A DNA stretch of 64,000 nt from an uncultured delta proteobacterium (GCA_963778115.1 CAVZSV010000004.1:736001-800000); one strand, 5' to 3'; numbered from the stretch's first letter, positions 8,961 to 19,066 are shown. Notes: a model not told the origin generated them from the letters alone. A program made the numbers and translations.

Positions 8961-9662
8961 CTATTTTGGGGTCGCGGATGTCGCGAACCGCAAAAAAGCG
9001 TCTACCAAACGGTGGCCAAAATCAAGCGCGGCGCTGCGTTCACATCCTCTGTTTTTAAGGAAACAGTCGGTCGCTTCGGGATGGCCTTGGACGCTCCAGA
9101 CAGGAAGCGTCGGATGGTTTAGGGCTTCGATAGCGATCTCGGGACTTCGGCCCACCACCTTTAACGCAGGGCCACAGTCCGCGACCATTTCACAGTGAGA
9201 GACACAAAGATGGCCCTGTAGCGGGGTTGTCCCCCAAAGGGGATTAGGGTCGAGAGTAATCTTTCGAGTCCCTAGATGAGATTTCCGATCGAGAAAAACG
9301 TAGTCGATTTTTCCTCCAAAAAGATGGGCCAGCATCTGATGGCCGTAACAAATTCCAAAAAAAGGAATTCCGGATTGGATTTTTGGATATACCCAAGCCT
9401 CCAATTCCTTTTGCCATTCACTGCGATCGTTAATGCTTGCGGCACTTCCAAAACAGATGATGCCGGCAATGGAATCGGTTGAGGTTTCGCTCTCAAGGGA
9501 TCGCAATCCAAAGAGGCCAGGAAGGTGATAGGTGACGGGAAGGTCCGAAACCTTAGTAAGCCGATTGAGGGACTGCAGTTCCGGACGTCGAGTTCCCGGA
9601 TCAATCACTAGGATGTGGCGTCTTGAGCTTCTACTAGCTGGCGAAGAAGACATGGAAGCCAT
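8961..9662 (-). CDS. Class I glutamine amidotransferase (stand-alone, GMP-synthase-like)
   Basis: GICYGHQ nucleophile elbow and VQGHPE. Confidence 0.85.
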   Translation of the reverse strand: MASMSSSPASRSSRRHILVIDPGTRRPELQSLNRLTKVSDLPVTYHLPGLFGLRSLESETSTDSIAGIICFGSAASINDRSEWQKELEAWVYPKIQSGIPFFGICYGHQMLAHLFGGKIDYVFLDRKSHLGTRKITLDPNPLWGTTPLQGHLCVSHCEMVADCGPALKVVGRSPEIAIEALNHPTLPVWSVQGHPEATDCFLKNRGCERSAALDFGHRLVDAFLRFATSATPK

Positions 9663-9717
9663 TTTAGCATAAGATGTTGCACAAGCGCATAACGCGCGCT
9701 CTCTAACTGCAAAATCA

Positions 9718-11121
9718 ATGAGTAACGTCAGCGATCTGAATAATTCCCTGGAACGAATCGTAGGCCCTTCTCACGTTCTTTCTGATCCGGAAGAATGTAC
9801 CCGGTATGGCATGGATTGGACCCAAACTCCAGGTCGAGCGCTTATCGTGGTCCTTCCTAAAACGACGGACGAGGTCTCAAAAATACTGAAGCTCTGCCTC
9901 GATGCTAACGTCGCCGTGATCGCCTCCGGGGGACGAACCGGGTTAGCGGGGGGAGTCACCGCGACCGATCGCCAAGTGGCTTTGAGTCTGCAACGGATGG
10001 ATGGAATGGGAGAGGTCGACATCGCAGGGCGCACCCTTCGAGTTCAAGCGGGTGTCGTGACCCAGAAGGTTCACGAAACTTGTGAGGCCCATGACCTTAC
10101 TTGGCCCATTGATCTTGCCGCGAAAGGAAGCAGTACTATCGGGGGGAATCTTTCCACCAACGCCGGAGGAGTCCGAGTCGTCCGTTACGGAATGGCTCGT
10201 AAATGGGTGATGGCTTTGCAGGCCGTACTTATCGACGGAACCGTGCTGGAACTAAATCATGGTTTGGAGAAAAACAATACCGGCTATGATCTGATGCAGC
10301 TTCTATTGGGAAGTGAAGGAACCTTAGCGGTCATCACAGAGGCGACTTTAAAACTAACACCCGTGGTCCCCCAGGTGTCCGTCTGCATGCTCGCCGTTCG
10401 AGACGTCCTAGCGTTGAGCGAACTTTTCATCGAGGTCCGAAAAGCTTCGTTCGATGTGATGGCTTGCGAATTTTTTTCGAGAAACTGCCAAATGGCCGTT
10501 GAAAAACAACTTAAGAGAAAGATGCCGTTGCAAGTTCCCTCCCCGTTTTATCTTCTACTAGAGATCGCACGATCTGCCGGTGAAGGGAGCCGATCAGCAC
10601 TAGAGGATTGGCTAGCAATTGCACTCGAAAAGGGGCTTGTCCTCGACGGCACCATAGCCGAATCGAGTCAGGAAAGTAGATCCCTTTGGACGTTACGAGA
10701 AGGCATTACCGAAAGCATTGCCCGCACTGGCCCCGTTCGCAAATACGACGTAGCGGTTCCGGTAGCCCAAACCTCTCGTTTTCTATCCGATGCCCAGACC
10801 CTTTTTGATGGGATGAAGTTACCTATTGATCTCTATCTTTTCGGACATCTGGGAGACGGAAGTCCTCACCTTAATTTGGTGAAACAGGAGTCGGCGTCAG
10901 TAGAAAGTTTCATTCAAGGATTCGAACGTTTTGAAAAGGCGCTCTATCCGCTGGTGAAGTCTTACCAGGGAAGCGTTTCCGCCGAACATGGCGTGGGGCT
11001 ACTGAAAAAATCATGGTTGCTCTATAGCCGGACGCCCGCGGAGCTTGAGATTTTTAGGCAAATTAAAAGGGCGTTTGATCCTAAGAATTTGTTGAATCCA
11101 GGGAAGGTGATTGATCTGTAG
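9718..11121 (+). CDS. FAD-binding oxidoreductase (D-2-hydroxyacid dehydrogenase family)
   Basis: SGGRTGLAGG, TIGGNLSTNAGG, KNNTGYDL, GSEGTL, GHLGDG..H, SAEHGVG, FDP..LNPGK. Confidence 0.92.
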   Translation: MSNVSDLNNSLERIVGPSHVLSDPEECTRYGMDWTQTPGRALIVVLPKTTDEVSKILKLCLDANVAVIASGGRTGLAGGVTATDRQVALSLQRMDGMGEVDIAGRTLRVQAGVVTQKVHETCEAHDLTWPIDLAAKGSSTIGGNLSTNAGGVRVVRYGMARKWVMALQAVLIDGTVLELNHGLEKNNTGYDLMQLLLGSEGTLAVITEATLKLTPVVPQVSVCMLAVRDVLALSELFIEVRKASFDVMACEFFSRNCQMAVEKQLKRKMPLQVPSPFYLLLEIARSAGEGSRSALEDWLAIALEKGLVLDGTIAESSQESRSLWTLREGITESIARTGPVRKYDVAVPVAQTSRFLSDAQTLFDGMKLPIDLYLFGHLGDGSPHLNLVKQESASVESFIQGFERFEKALYPLVKSYQGSVSAEHGVGLLKKSWLLYSRTPAELEIFRQIKRAFDPKNLLNPGKVIDL

Positions 11122-11123
11122 TT

Positions 11124-11876
11124 TTAGGATCTGCTACTCGTAAAACGAACACCTAAAATAGAAAGTTCGTACAGCAAATACATCGGAATCATTACCGCAG
11201 CCAACGTCACCGCATCCGGTGACGGAGTGGCAATCGATGAGACCACCGCGATAACAAGGATCGCGTGCTTTCGGTAGCGGACTAGAAATTGATGGGTGAC
11301 CAGTCCGAAGCGGCCGAGCAGAACCATGATTACGGGAAGTTCAAAAACGATTCCGGCAATCATCATGATTTTAATCGTGAGAGAGAAATATTCCGTGAGC
11401 GTTATCAGGGGAACATCTTCTTTATTGCCGAAGTGAATAAGATACTCATAGCCCATGGGAATAATCACGAAGTAAGCAAACGAGATTCCCACCAGAAAGC
11501 TCAAAGTCCCAAAGATAATGAAGGGGCCCGCAAACCGTTTCTGGGACTTGTCCAAAAAAGGAGCGAGCAGGCGCCAAACTTGAGAGAGCAGATAAGGAAA
11601 GGTGATGGCTATCGATGCCAAAACGCTAATCTGCATATAGACCATAAATTTGTCAGTGATACCGGTGTAGTACAAAGTCTTTTGAGCATCGGGGAGAACT
11701 CGAAGTAAAGGCTGTTGCAGATACTTAACGATGGCGTCCGAAAAGTAGAAAGTGCCGCACCAGCCGACAAAAACGACGAGCACCATTCTCATCAAAGCTC
11801 GACGGAGTTCGTCTAAGTGATTCCAAAGGGGCTTGCCTTGAGATTCGGCCGCGCTGCTGCTACTTGAAGGTTCCAT
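11124..11876 (-). CDS. tatC: Twin-arginine translocase subunit TatC
   Basis: HLDELR, FELP, TPSPDA motifs; six TM segments; follows tatA. Confidence 0.96.
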   Translation of the reverse strand: MEPSSSSSAAESQGKPLWNHLDELRRALMRMVLVVFVGWCGTFYFSDAIVKYLQQPLLRVLPDAQKTLYYTGITDKFMVYMQISVLASIAITFPYLLSQVWRLLAPFLDKSQKRFAGPFIIFGTLSFLVGISFAYFVIIPMGYEYLIHFGNKEDVPLITLTEYFSLTIKIMMIAGIVFELPVIMVLLGRFGLVTHQFLVRYRKHAILVIAVVSSIATPSPDAVTLAAVMIPMYLLYELSILGVRFTSSRS

Positions 11877-11890
11877 CGGAGTTGGCTGAA

Positions 11891-12124
11891 TTACGTTTTC
11901 GGTTTGGATGTGGTGTCTCCCCCAGCAGTCGATGTCGGGGCGGGCTCTGTCTTTTCAGGCACCTTGGGAGGAGCCGGTGTCTCCTCTTCGCCATCCAACG
12001 CTTTTTTGAAATCCCTAATTCCCTTTCCCAGACTCTTTCCCAATTCAGGGAGACGCTTGGGTCCAAAGAGCAAGAGTCCTGCCGCCCCAATCACCAAAAG
12101 CTCGGGAAGTCCTAAATTAAACAT
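11891..12124 (-). CDS. tatA: Twin-arginine translocase subunit TatA/E
   Basis: LGLPELLVI..LLFGPKRLPELGKSLGKGIRDFKK. Confidence 0.96.
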   Translation of the reverse strand: MFNLGLPELLVIGAAGLLLFGPKRLPELGKSLGKGIRDFKKALDGEEETPAPPKVPEKTEPAPTSTAGGDTTSKPKT

Positions 12125-12224
12125 GGAGTTACCACAGCCCTTTCCAAATACCTTGTCAATATTACCACCAGACTATTTCTTTTCGGTGCTTATCGGAAAC
12201 TATTCCCAAAAAATTGAGAAGAAC

Positions 12225-14174
12225 TTATCCGTGGGCAGCGACTTCCGCGGCACATGCCGCCGCGTCATCCGCCGTAAAGGGCTGGTACTTCTGGACGGAA
12301 ATGGTAGTCCGGCGCTCTTTCCCAAAGGAACGCCGGGAAACTCTTGCGGTCGGCATCTGGGCCAGTTCGCGCTTAAATTCACTATTGGCGTACATCCTTA
12401 AAATGGTATCGACGAGCGTCGGAGTTAGAAATTTTGGAGAGACTACTTCATTAAGGGACCGGTACTTCGTTCTTAGCAAGTCTGGCGTAAGATGGTTTTC
12501 GATAAGGTCTTTCAAGAGGGGATCGACGATGCGGTAGGGAGGAAATTTGTCGGTAGTGAGCTGCGCTTTGAGAAGTTCCGCCGTGGGCTCCTTTTCCAGG
12601 ATTTTTACCGGGATGACTTCCCTCCCTGCCAGGTGATTGATATGGAATCCCAAATCCCAAAGGTCGGTCTTATAAAGATCCCCGTTAATAGCATAGACGC
12701 CTGCGATGTCACCGAAAATGGTTCCGTTTCCCAGAGCCAGTTCACTTTTGTCGCTGGTAGCAAGTTTGGCGGCCTTACGACTTAGAAACTTTGCCCACCT
12801 GGGATCTCTCTGGCGGAGTCTTTCGACAACGCCTTCAAAGCCCGGGTGCGTATTCCCCGTAAGATTAGAGATGAAAAATTCTAGAATCATCCTAACTCGG
12901 GCCTGAATATTTTCCACAGCAACGCGTCCGCCATCGAAGCTCATAAGATCATCGCTTTCGATCCCCTGGCCTCGTAATGCCTCAATAATGGCGTCGACAA
13001 CCCCCTGGATGGGAAGTGTCAGAACATTCTCAGGGGGAATGCCTAGATTCTTAATGAGCACGTCGGTATCGGTAATACTTCCTTCCGATGAAAAATCGCT
13101 TGGCATCTTGATCGCAAAAACATTTTCAGCTCCCAGAGCCCGAACCGCGAAAGCGGCGGCCATCGTCGAATCAAGGCCTCCGGAGAATCCAAAGACCACC
13201 GAATCGTGGTTAATCAAGTGAGCGAACTCTCTCACTCCCACTTCAATCGCGGAAAGTCGCTGATCTATCTCGGATTGACTCGTTTGCCGCCCACGCCCGG
13301 CCATGTTCTCCAATACGGGAGCCTGAGTCTTGTCTTTCGAGACGCTAACCACCTCGAAATCGGGCCTCCACGAAGCCAGACGGAAAGCAACCTTCCCTTG
13401 GGCATTCAAACCAAACGAGGATCCATCGAAGATAAGTTGATCGACAACGCCAAACTGATTTAACCAAAGTACCGGAGCATTCACCCTTCTAGCGACATCG
13501 CCATGAACCTCGTGCCTTAGGGGAATTTTTCCTTCGTTCCAAGGGCTGGCTGACAAAGAGATGACAAGCTCTGGATTGAGATCGCGGATATGAGCGATGG
13601 TGTTATCGTGGTAAATGAGCCTTCCGTCCTGTCGGTCATAGAACCAGAGATCTTCGCAAATGGCTAAGACGACCTTCATATTTCGGATATAGAACGGCTT
13701 AATTCCTTTGATAGATCCTTTTTCAAAATACCGACCGTCATCGAAAGGGCCGTAAGTTGGCAAAAGAACTTTGGCTTGGCGGTGGATCTCCTTTCCAAAC
13801 TGGCAAACGCGCCCGAAATTTTGAAGATGCCGCCCCATGGGTTGGGGATTTTTTTCCACCGAACCGAACGCCACGGCGGTAAGGACATGGTGGGTCGCCG
13901 AACACAGGGCATCAGCGGCCAATTGGGACCTTTCGATATAATCCTTATCGAAAAGCATGTCGTTGGAGGGGTAGCCCGGAAATAGTCCTTCAGGCAAAAC
14001 GAGTAAATCGGCCTGTCGCTTTTCAGCTTCTCTGAGCTGCCCGATCGCTTGGCTCAGATTTCCCCGCAAATCGCCGGGACGAACATGCATTTGCCCTAGC
14101 ATCACACGAAGTCCATCCGGACGTGCAAGCCCCACGGAAGAGAGCAGTAAGATTGCCGCAAAAACCCAACGCAT
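12225..14174 (-). CDS. nadE: Glutamine-dependent NAD+ synthetase with an N-terminal signal peptide
   Basis: Nitrilase-fold triad (PEGL, AKVLLP, ICEDLW); synthetase motifs SGGLDS, ENIQARVR, KSE, LYKT, PTAEL, SEFKR; N-terminus MRWVFAAILLLSSVGLA. Confidence 0.92.
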   Translation of the reverse strand: MRWVFAAILLLSSVGLARPDGLRVMLGQMHVRPGDLRGNLSQAIGQLREAEKRQADLLVLPEGLFPGYPSNDMLFDKDYIERSQLAADALCSATHHVLTAVAFGSVEKNPQPMGRHLQNFGRVCQFGKEIHRQAKVLLPTYGPFDDGRYFEKGSIKGIKPFYIRNMKVVLAICEDLWFYDRQDGRLIYHDNTIAHIRDLNPELVISLSASPWNEGKIPLRHEVHGDVARRVNAPVLWLNQFGVVDQLIFDGSSFGLNAQGKVAFRLASWRPDFEVVSVSKDKTQAPVLENMAGRGRQTSQSEIDQRLSAIEVGVREFAHLINHDSVVFGFSGGLDSTMAAAFAVRALGAENVFAIKMPSDFSSEGSITDTDVLIKNLGIPPENVLTLPIQGVVDAIIEALRGQGIESDDLMSFDGGRVAVENIQARVRMILEFFISNLTGNTHPGFEGVVERLRQRDPRWAKFLSRKAAKLATSDKSELALGNGTIFGDIAGVYAINGDLYKTDLWDLGFHINHLAGREVIPVKILEKEPTAELLKAQLTTDKFPPYRIVDPLLKDLIENHLTPDLLRTKYRSLNEVVSPKFLTPTLVDTILRMYANSEFKRELAQMPTARVSRRSFGKERRTTISVQKYQPFTADDAAACAAEVAAHG

Positions 14175-14323
14175 ACCCACCACCTAGTGATTTATTCCCT
14201 TACCTCAATTCGCTAACATTCGAATTACGGATGTGTCAACGCGGCATAGCTATCAACATTCTCTTCTAGGGTTGAGAAAAGGTGAACTCACGACTACCCT
14301 TACGTTATCTTTAGAGGTGTGGC

Positions 14324-15913
14324 TTGCGAAAATTCTTCATAGTAACTTCCGTAGTCCTCATAACGGGGCTCGCCATAGCGACCTATTTTTTCCCGGATGT
14401 GGGTTGGTTCTTCGTTTTGGTCGCACCAGTGGTTCTTCTCGGTTGGTTCGATATCTCGCAGAACCGACACGCGATCTTAAGAAATTTTCCGATCATAGGC
14501 CACTTCCGTTATTTATTGGAGGCGATTCGTCCCGAAATAAATCAATATTTCATCGAGTCTAGCACGGACGGCACGCCGCTTAGCCGCGAAACCCGTTCCA
14601 TCGTCTACCAACGAGGAAAGATGGAGCTCGATACGCTTCCTTTTGGAACCCGGTTAAATGTTTATGAGATAGGTTACGAGTGGGTGAATCATTCCCTAGC
14701 TCCTACTCACGTTGATCCCGACTCGTTGAGAGTTACGATTGGAAGTCCCCAATGTGACCAACCCTATTCTTCTAGCATCTTTAATATCTCGGCCATGAGT
14801 TACGGAAGTCTCAGCCAAAACGCAGTCGAAGCACTTAACGCAGGGGCTAAGATGGGTCGTTTCTCTCACGATACCGGTGAAGGAGGGCTTACTCGATACC
14901 ATTTGGAAAATGGCGGCGATATCGTATGGGAATTGGGTACGGCCTACTTTGGCTGTCGCACCTCGGACGGAAAATTTTCACCCGAAAATTTTCAACAGAA
15001 AGCGATTCACCCTTCGGTGAAGATGATCGCCATCAAACTCTCTCAAGGGGCAAAACCAGGTCACGGAGGAATCTTACCCGCGGCAAAACTTACTCCCGAG
15101 ATAGCCGAGATTCGGGGAGTTCCCTTGGGACAAGACGTTGTCTCCCCGCCCGCGCACACTGCCTTTACGACTCCGATAGAGTTATTGGAATTTGTCGCAA
15201 AACTAAGAGAGTTCTCGGGCGGAAAGCCCGTGGGATTTAAGCTTTGCATAGGCAAGCGACGAGAGTTTATTGCTATTGGGAAGGCGATAGTAAAGACCGG
15301 CATCTATCCTGACTTTATCACCGTCGATGGGGGCGAAGGAGGAACGGGAGCGGCACCTCTTGAATTTTCCAATTCCGTGGGAACCCCCCTTAAAGAGGGG
15401 CTCGTCTTTGTCCACAATACGCTAGTGGGATTTGGAGTTCGCAAACACATCACAGTGATGTGCAGCGGGAAGGTCGTGACAGGTTTCGATGTGATAAGCA
15501 AATTGGCGTTGGGGGCCGACATCTGCAATTCCGCGCGAGCCATGATGTTGGCATTGGGATGCATACAAGCACTTCGCTGCAATACCAATAAATGTCCTAC
15601 CGGTGTCGCAACTCAAGACCCGGCCCTCGTTTCGGGGCTCGTGGTAAGTGATAAGAAAACTCGAGTCGCTAATTACCATCGTGAAACAGTAAAATCGGTA
15701 GCTGACCTAATGGGAGCCATGGGAATCAAACACACTTGTGATATCAAGCCCTGGCATCTTATGAAGCGAACCGGGCTTTCGGAGGCTAAACACCATGGCG
15801 AACTTTATGAGTTTCTCTCTGACGGAGACTTGCTAAAATCTCCGGTACCCGCATCCTTTTCGAGAGCGTTTATTTCGTCTACCGCGGACAGTTTTCAACC
15901 GCTAACGGGGTGA
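14324..15913 (+). CDS. FMN-binding glutamate synthase family protein (stand-alone GltB2/YerD type)
   Basis: FNISAMSYGSLS, TGEGG, KLSQGAKPGHGG, VDGGEGGTGAAP, CIQALRCNTNKCPTGVATQD. Confidence 0.93.
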   Translation: MRKFFIVTSVVLITGLAIATYFFPDVGWFFVLVAPVVLLGWFDISQNRHAILRNFPIIGHFRYLLEAIRPEINQYFIESSTDGTPLSRETRSIVYQRGKMELDTLPFGTRLNVYEIGYEWVNHSLAPTHVDPDSLRVTIGSPQCDQPYSSSIFNISAMSYGSLSQNAVEALNAGAKMGRFSHDTGEGGLTRYHLENGGDIVWELGTAYFGCRTSDGKFSPENFQQKAIHPSVKMIAIKLSQGAKPGHGGILPAAKLTPEIAEIRGVPLGQDVVSPPAHTAFTTPIELLEFVAKLREFSGGKPVGFKLCIGKRREFIAIGKAIVKTGIYPDFITVDGGEGGTGAAPLEFSNSVGTPLKEGLVFVHNTLVGFGVRKHITVMCSGKVVTGFDVISKLALGADICNSARAMMLALGCIQALRCNTNKCPTGVATQDPALVSGLVVSDKKTRVANYHRETVKSVADLMGAMGIKHTCDIKPWHLMKRTGLSEAKHHGELYEFLSDGDLLKSPVPASFSRAFISSTADSFQPLTG

Positions 15914-15916
15914 CTT

Positions 15917-16312
15917 TTGCCGATGATCGGACAAGCACTACTCATCGTTCTCGCCCTTGCTTCCGCGGTGGGAACTTATATCGCCGATTTCGACGAGCAT
16001 CATGTTTTCAATCCATCGTGGACAGCACACGCGAGATTTCATTCGGCGGCGTACGCGATTTTAAATATAGGATGCGCTCTAATCTGCGTCGTTCTTTGTT
16101 TATTTACTCCCTTAGGACGACACTCTTCTTTGGTAATGGCCTGCGCACTGCTCTTTCTAATGGGCCTCGTCTTATTCTTGGCTACCGCCGTAAAGGGGAC
16201 CTCCCCGATCGCAGGGCCTCATGAAAAGATCCTAGCAGGAATCCCTTTGGCCCTTTGGATCAACGCAGGCTATTTACTGGTCTGGGCGCTGGGAAGTTGG
16301 CTTGCCTTCTAA
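15917..16312 (+). CDS. Small four-TM membrane protein (DUF6640-like)
   Basis: HVFNPSWTAHARFH motif; hydrophobic helices. Confidence 0.65.
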   Translation: MPMIGQALLIVLALASAVGTYIADFDEHHVFNPSWTAHARFHSAAYAILNIGCALICVVLCLFTPLGRHSSLVMACALLFLMGLVLFLATAVKGTSPIAGPHEKILAGIPLALWINAGYLLVWALGSWLAF

Positions 16313-16400
16313 AGGTATCTTTGGGGGTCGCTTTACCCAATGCCTTTCCCGCGGTATAATTTTGTCGTCTGATTAACCCCTCCCTGGAAAGGTCGAACCC

Positions 16401-17078
16401 GTGCCACGCATTCTTTCAACTATGAAGTTGTGGTTTGTTCCCGAAGGACAGAAGGAATTTACCGTTAAAGCCGGAATTTTAAGAGGTATTCAGATGCGTC
16501 TTGATCTGAAGAGCCACACTCAAGTCCTCTTAGGACTTTATGAACGAGAAATTTTTGGGTGGTTTCGACGTTTCGTCCAAAATGCTCAAACCGCTATCGA
16601 CATCGGAAGCGGAATGGGAATGTACACTCTTTATTTTTTAAAAAATACTACGATTCCCAAAGTGATCGCCGTGGAGCCTCATCCCGAAAAGCGCGCAGAG
16701 CTGATGGATCATCTAAAATTGAATGGGTATGAAGGAGCTCGCCGAATCGAAGTCGTAGCGAAATATGTCAATAGTTATAACGATAAAAACGAAGTGACTT
16801 TAGATTCCATGACGGTCGGTTTAAATGGTCCCATTGTCGTAAAAATGGACGTCGATACCCTAGAAGTGAAGATACTAGAAGGAGCCGCACAATTTTTGAG
16901 ACGCCCCGACGTCCGCTGGATCATAGAGACCCACTCCAAACAGCTCGAACGTGACTGTTTTTCGATTTTCAAAAAAGCAGGGTACCGGACCAAAATCGTT
17001 AAGAATGCGTGGTGGAGGCTTTTCCTACCAGAGCTTCGCCCCATCGAACAAAACCGTTGGATGGTAGCCTATCGTTAG
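16401..17078 (+). CDS. FkbM-family SAM-dependent methyltransferase
   Basis: GLYE, IDIGSGMGMY, AVEP, VKMDVD..EVKILEGA, IIETH. Confidence 0.85.
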   Translation: MPRILSTMKLWFVPEGQKEFTVKAGILRGIQMRLDLKSHTQVLLGLYEREIFGWFRRFVQNAQTAIDIGSGMGMYTLYFLKNTTIPKVIAVEPHPEKRAELMDHLKLNGYEGARRIEVVAKYVNSYNDKNEVTLDSMTVGLNGPIVVKMDVDTLEVKILEGAAQFLRRPDVRWIIETHSKQLERDCFSIFKKAGYRTKIVKNAWWRLFLPELRPIEQNRWMVAYR

Positions 17079-17092
17079 GATAAGTAGGTCTT

Positions 17093-17440
17093 GTGAGCTC
17101 AGACGAATCCAATGACGACACGAAGGGCGGCGCCAAGCCGGCCAGTAAGCCAACGAGTAAAAATGTCCCCTCGCTTGCGTTATTGAAAGCGACTCACGTC
17201 TTCCCAGGCACCTACACCATTAAAGCGATAGGATTAAGAGAAGGAGCTTTCGTGGCCCGAGTCGTCGCCGCGGCTCGCGAAGAGCTGGGTATTGACGAAG
17301 ATCCTCCCTATACCTGTCGTGAGTCCGCACAACAGTCCCACATCGCTATCACCCTGGAGCTACCAGTCCTAGTGGCAGAACAGGTGAGAGATGTGTATGA
17401 ACGCTTACTTGAGGTTCCGGGATTGTTGCTGTTGCTTTAA
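17093..17440 (+). CDS. DUF493/YbeD-like ACT-fold protein
   Basis: HVFPGTYTIKAIG, RESAQQSHIAITL, VRDVYERL. Confidence 0.75.
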   Translation: MSSDESNDDTKGGAKPASKPTSKNVPSLALLKATHVFPGTYTIKAIGLREGAFVARVVAAAREELGIDEDPPYTCRESAQQSHIAITLELPVLVAEQVRDVYERLLEVPGLLLLL

Positions 17441-17466
17441 AACTAACGAACTTTGGGAACTCGACC

Positions 17467-17553
17467 AGGCTCATGCTCACGTAAAAAGTTCAGGTTCACG
17501 TCCTGTTCTTAAACCTGAACCTGAACGTATCTCTTAGGCGTGAGCGTGATCCT
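17467..17553. repeat. Intergenic imperfect palindromic element (REP/MITE-like), copy B
   Basis: AGGCTCATGCTCACGT..GTTCAGGTTCAC..TGAACCTGAACGTA..GTGAGCGTGATCCT; same layout as 794-890. Confidence 0.7.
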
Positions 17554-17574
17554 AAGCATACACGGTCTTTCACC

Positions 17575-18033
17575 TTAGAAGTAAACCCACGTCACTCCTG
17601 GATTCACCTGATCCAATTTGTAAGAGCTCACCACCGACAAATTCGAAAGATATTTATGGATCGCTTCCAATAACCTTCCGCTGCCAATCCCATGAACAAT
17701 TTGCAGCCTCTCTAAATCAGCAATGATCGCACGATCGATTCGCATTTCAACTTCGGCGAGTGCCGCAGCGACCGTAAAGCCGTGCAGATCAATGGTCTCC
17801 AACGCCCTGGAGTCTGTCACGGGACGTAAAGCGGGGTGATGCAGTGGAGCCACTTTCTGAGATTTTTTTGCTTTGCGGGTTTTGGGAGGTTCGGAAAGCT
17901 CGGCCCGTTGGCAGGTCACCGACACCGGGCCCACGGAAACCTTGTACTTGCCGTCCTTTAGAAGTTCCGCAACGGTGCCGTCTCTTCGTAAGGAGTTCAC
18001 AAAAACGATATCACCCTTTTTAAACGCGGTCAT
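17575..18033 (-). CDS. Smr domain protein with N-terminal KOW (MutS2 C-terminus-like)
   Basis: FKKGDIVFV KOW; IDLHG, IVHGIGSGRL, GVTWVYF. Confidence 0.9.
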   Translation of the reverse strand: MTAFKKGDIVFVNSLRRDGTVAELLKDGKYKVSVGPVSVTCQRAELSEPPKTRKAKKSQKVAPLHHPALRPVTDSRALETIDLHGFTVAAALAEVEMRIDRAIIADLERLQIVHGIGSGRLLEAIHKYLSNLSVVSSYKLDQVNPGVTWVYF

Positions 18034-18208
18034 AGTGGGTATTGGTTACCAGGCTGCGCTGCTAGAGTCGAGAAAAGTCAGGGGCATTTGTAAAACTCGA
18101 GTGATAACAACGACTTTGTTCAAAACTATCGACGCAACTCCAAAGCCCTCCATTGATTTACTTCGGCAAATTTGGTATTCACGGGCACCTTTTAATGAGG
18201 GATTTTTG

Positions 18209-18952
18209 ATGAAAAAAAGCTTCGCATCTGCTGTCCTTTTGGCTCTGGTATCAAGCTACAGCTTCGGCGCCACTGAAGTTAAGATTTCACCCACAGATTT
18301 CGTAGAAATGGTTTTGGACCATCCGAAAGATTTCCCCATTCTTAGAAGTGATGAGGTTCGCGGCGAAGCCCTTTTGGGTGCTTATTGCGAAACAGGCGGT
18401 AATGAGAAAATCACTTGCACGTACGCTAGAAGAGAAGGTACGGAGGACGGTCTTTTGGAAGTGAGTACCCACGGGTGGGAAGCTACCGTTCTTAATGCCC
18501 CCATTGCCGGCGTCTTAGCCATGAGCGGAGACCTCGCCCGGACCGTGATTCAAAATTTGGTCGAAAACGAAGTGGATCAATGGGATGCCATCATCGCTAA
18601 GACTGTAGTCGAAAACCCGGTCAATTTTCCGGGGATGATTTTTACGCCGCTCAAAAATGATAAATACGATTTTTCCCGTACTAGATGCGTGAGTCAACCC
18701 GATCCCAATAATGCCAAGGTATCTCTTTTGACTTGCTCTTATTCGGACAATCGCCGCCGAAAGTTGAAGCTCTTTCTAGAGGTCGAAAAGGATTCTGTTG
18801 CCTCACTCATTGTCGGGCAAACAGAACCCCCGGCGAGTCGTTTGAAAGGCCCTTTCTTGAAAACGCTAGTGGATTCCATGCATACGTTAGACTTGATTCT
18901 TCGGTTACCGCCGCCTCCCCGGCCGCAAGACGTTCCTCTTGCTATTAACTAG
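18209..18952 (+). CDS. Secreted hypothetical protein with a duplicated domain
   Basis: GAGG SD; MKKSFASAVLLALVSSYSFGA signal peptide; two C-x(7-14)-TC(T/S)Y...LEV modules. The track start at 17873 is over-extended. Confidence 0.7.
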   Translation: MKKSFASAVLLALVSSYSFGATEVKISPTDFVEMVLDHPKDFPILRSDEVRGEALLGAYCETGGNEKITCTYARREGTEDGLLEVSTHGWEATVLNAPIAGVLAMSGDLARTVIQNLVENEVDQWDAIIAKTVVENPVNFPGMIFTPLKNDKYDFSRTRCVSQPDPNNAKVSLLTCSYSDNRRRKLKLFLEVEKDSVASLIVGQTEPPASRLKGPFLKTLVDSMHTLDLILRLPPPPRPQDVPLAIN

Positions 18953-19066
18953 ATCGACGCAGAAACCCGCTCCCACCTTATGCAGTAAGGCTCTTCGAGT
19001 GCGCATTGACGAGAGAATTGCGGCCTGCCACATTCATCCCTTTCACGTAAAATCGAAAGCGAGACG

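Noticed and set aside
11124..14174. NadE as a dedicated Tat substrate of the adjacent tatAC
   Set aside because: The leader has a single Arg and no S/T-R-R-x-F-L-K motif; adjacency alone is not evidence.
17873..18208. N-terminal 112 aa of the 359-aa track ORF
   Set aside because: Antisense to the Smr gene; the SD and signal peptide lie at 18209.
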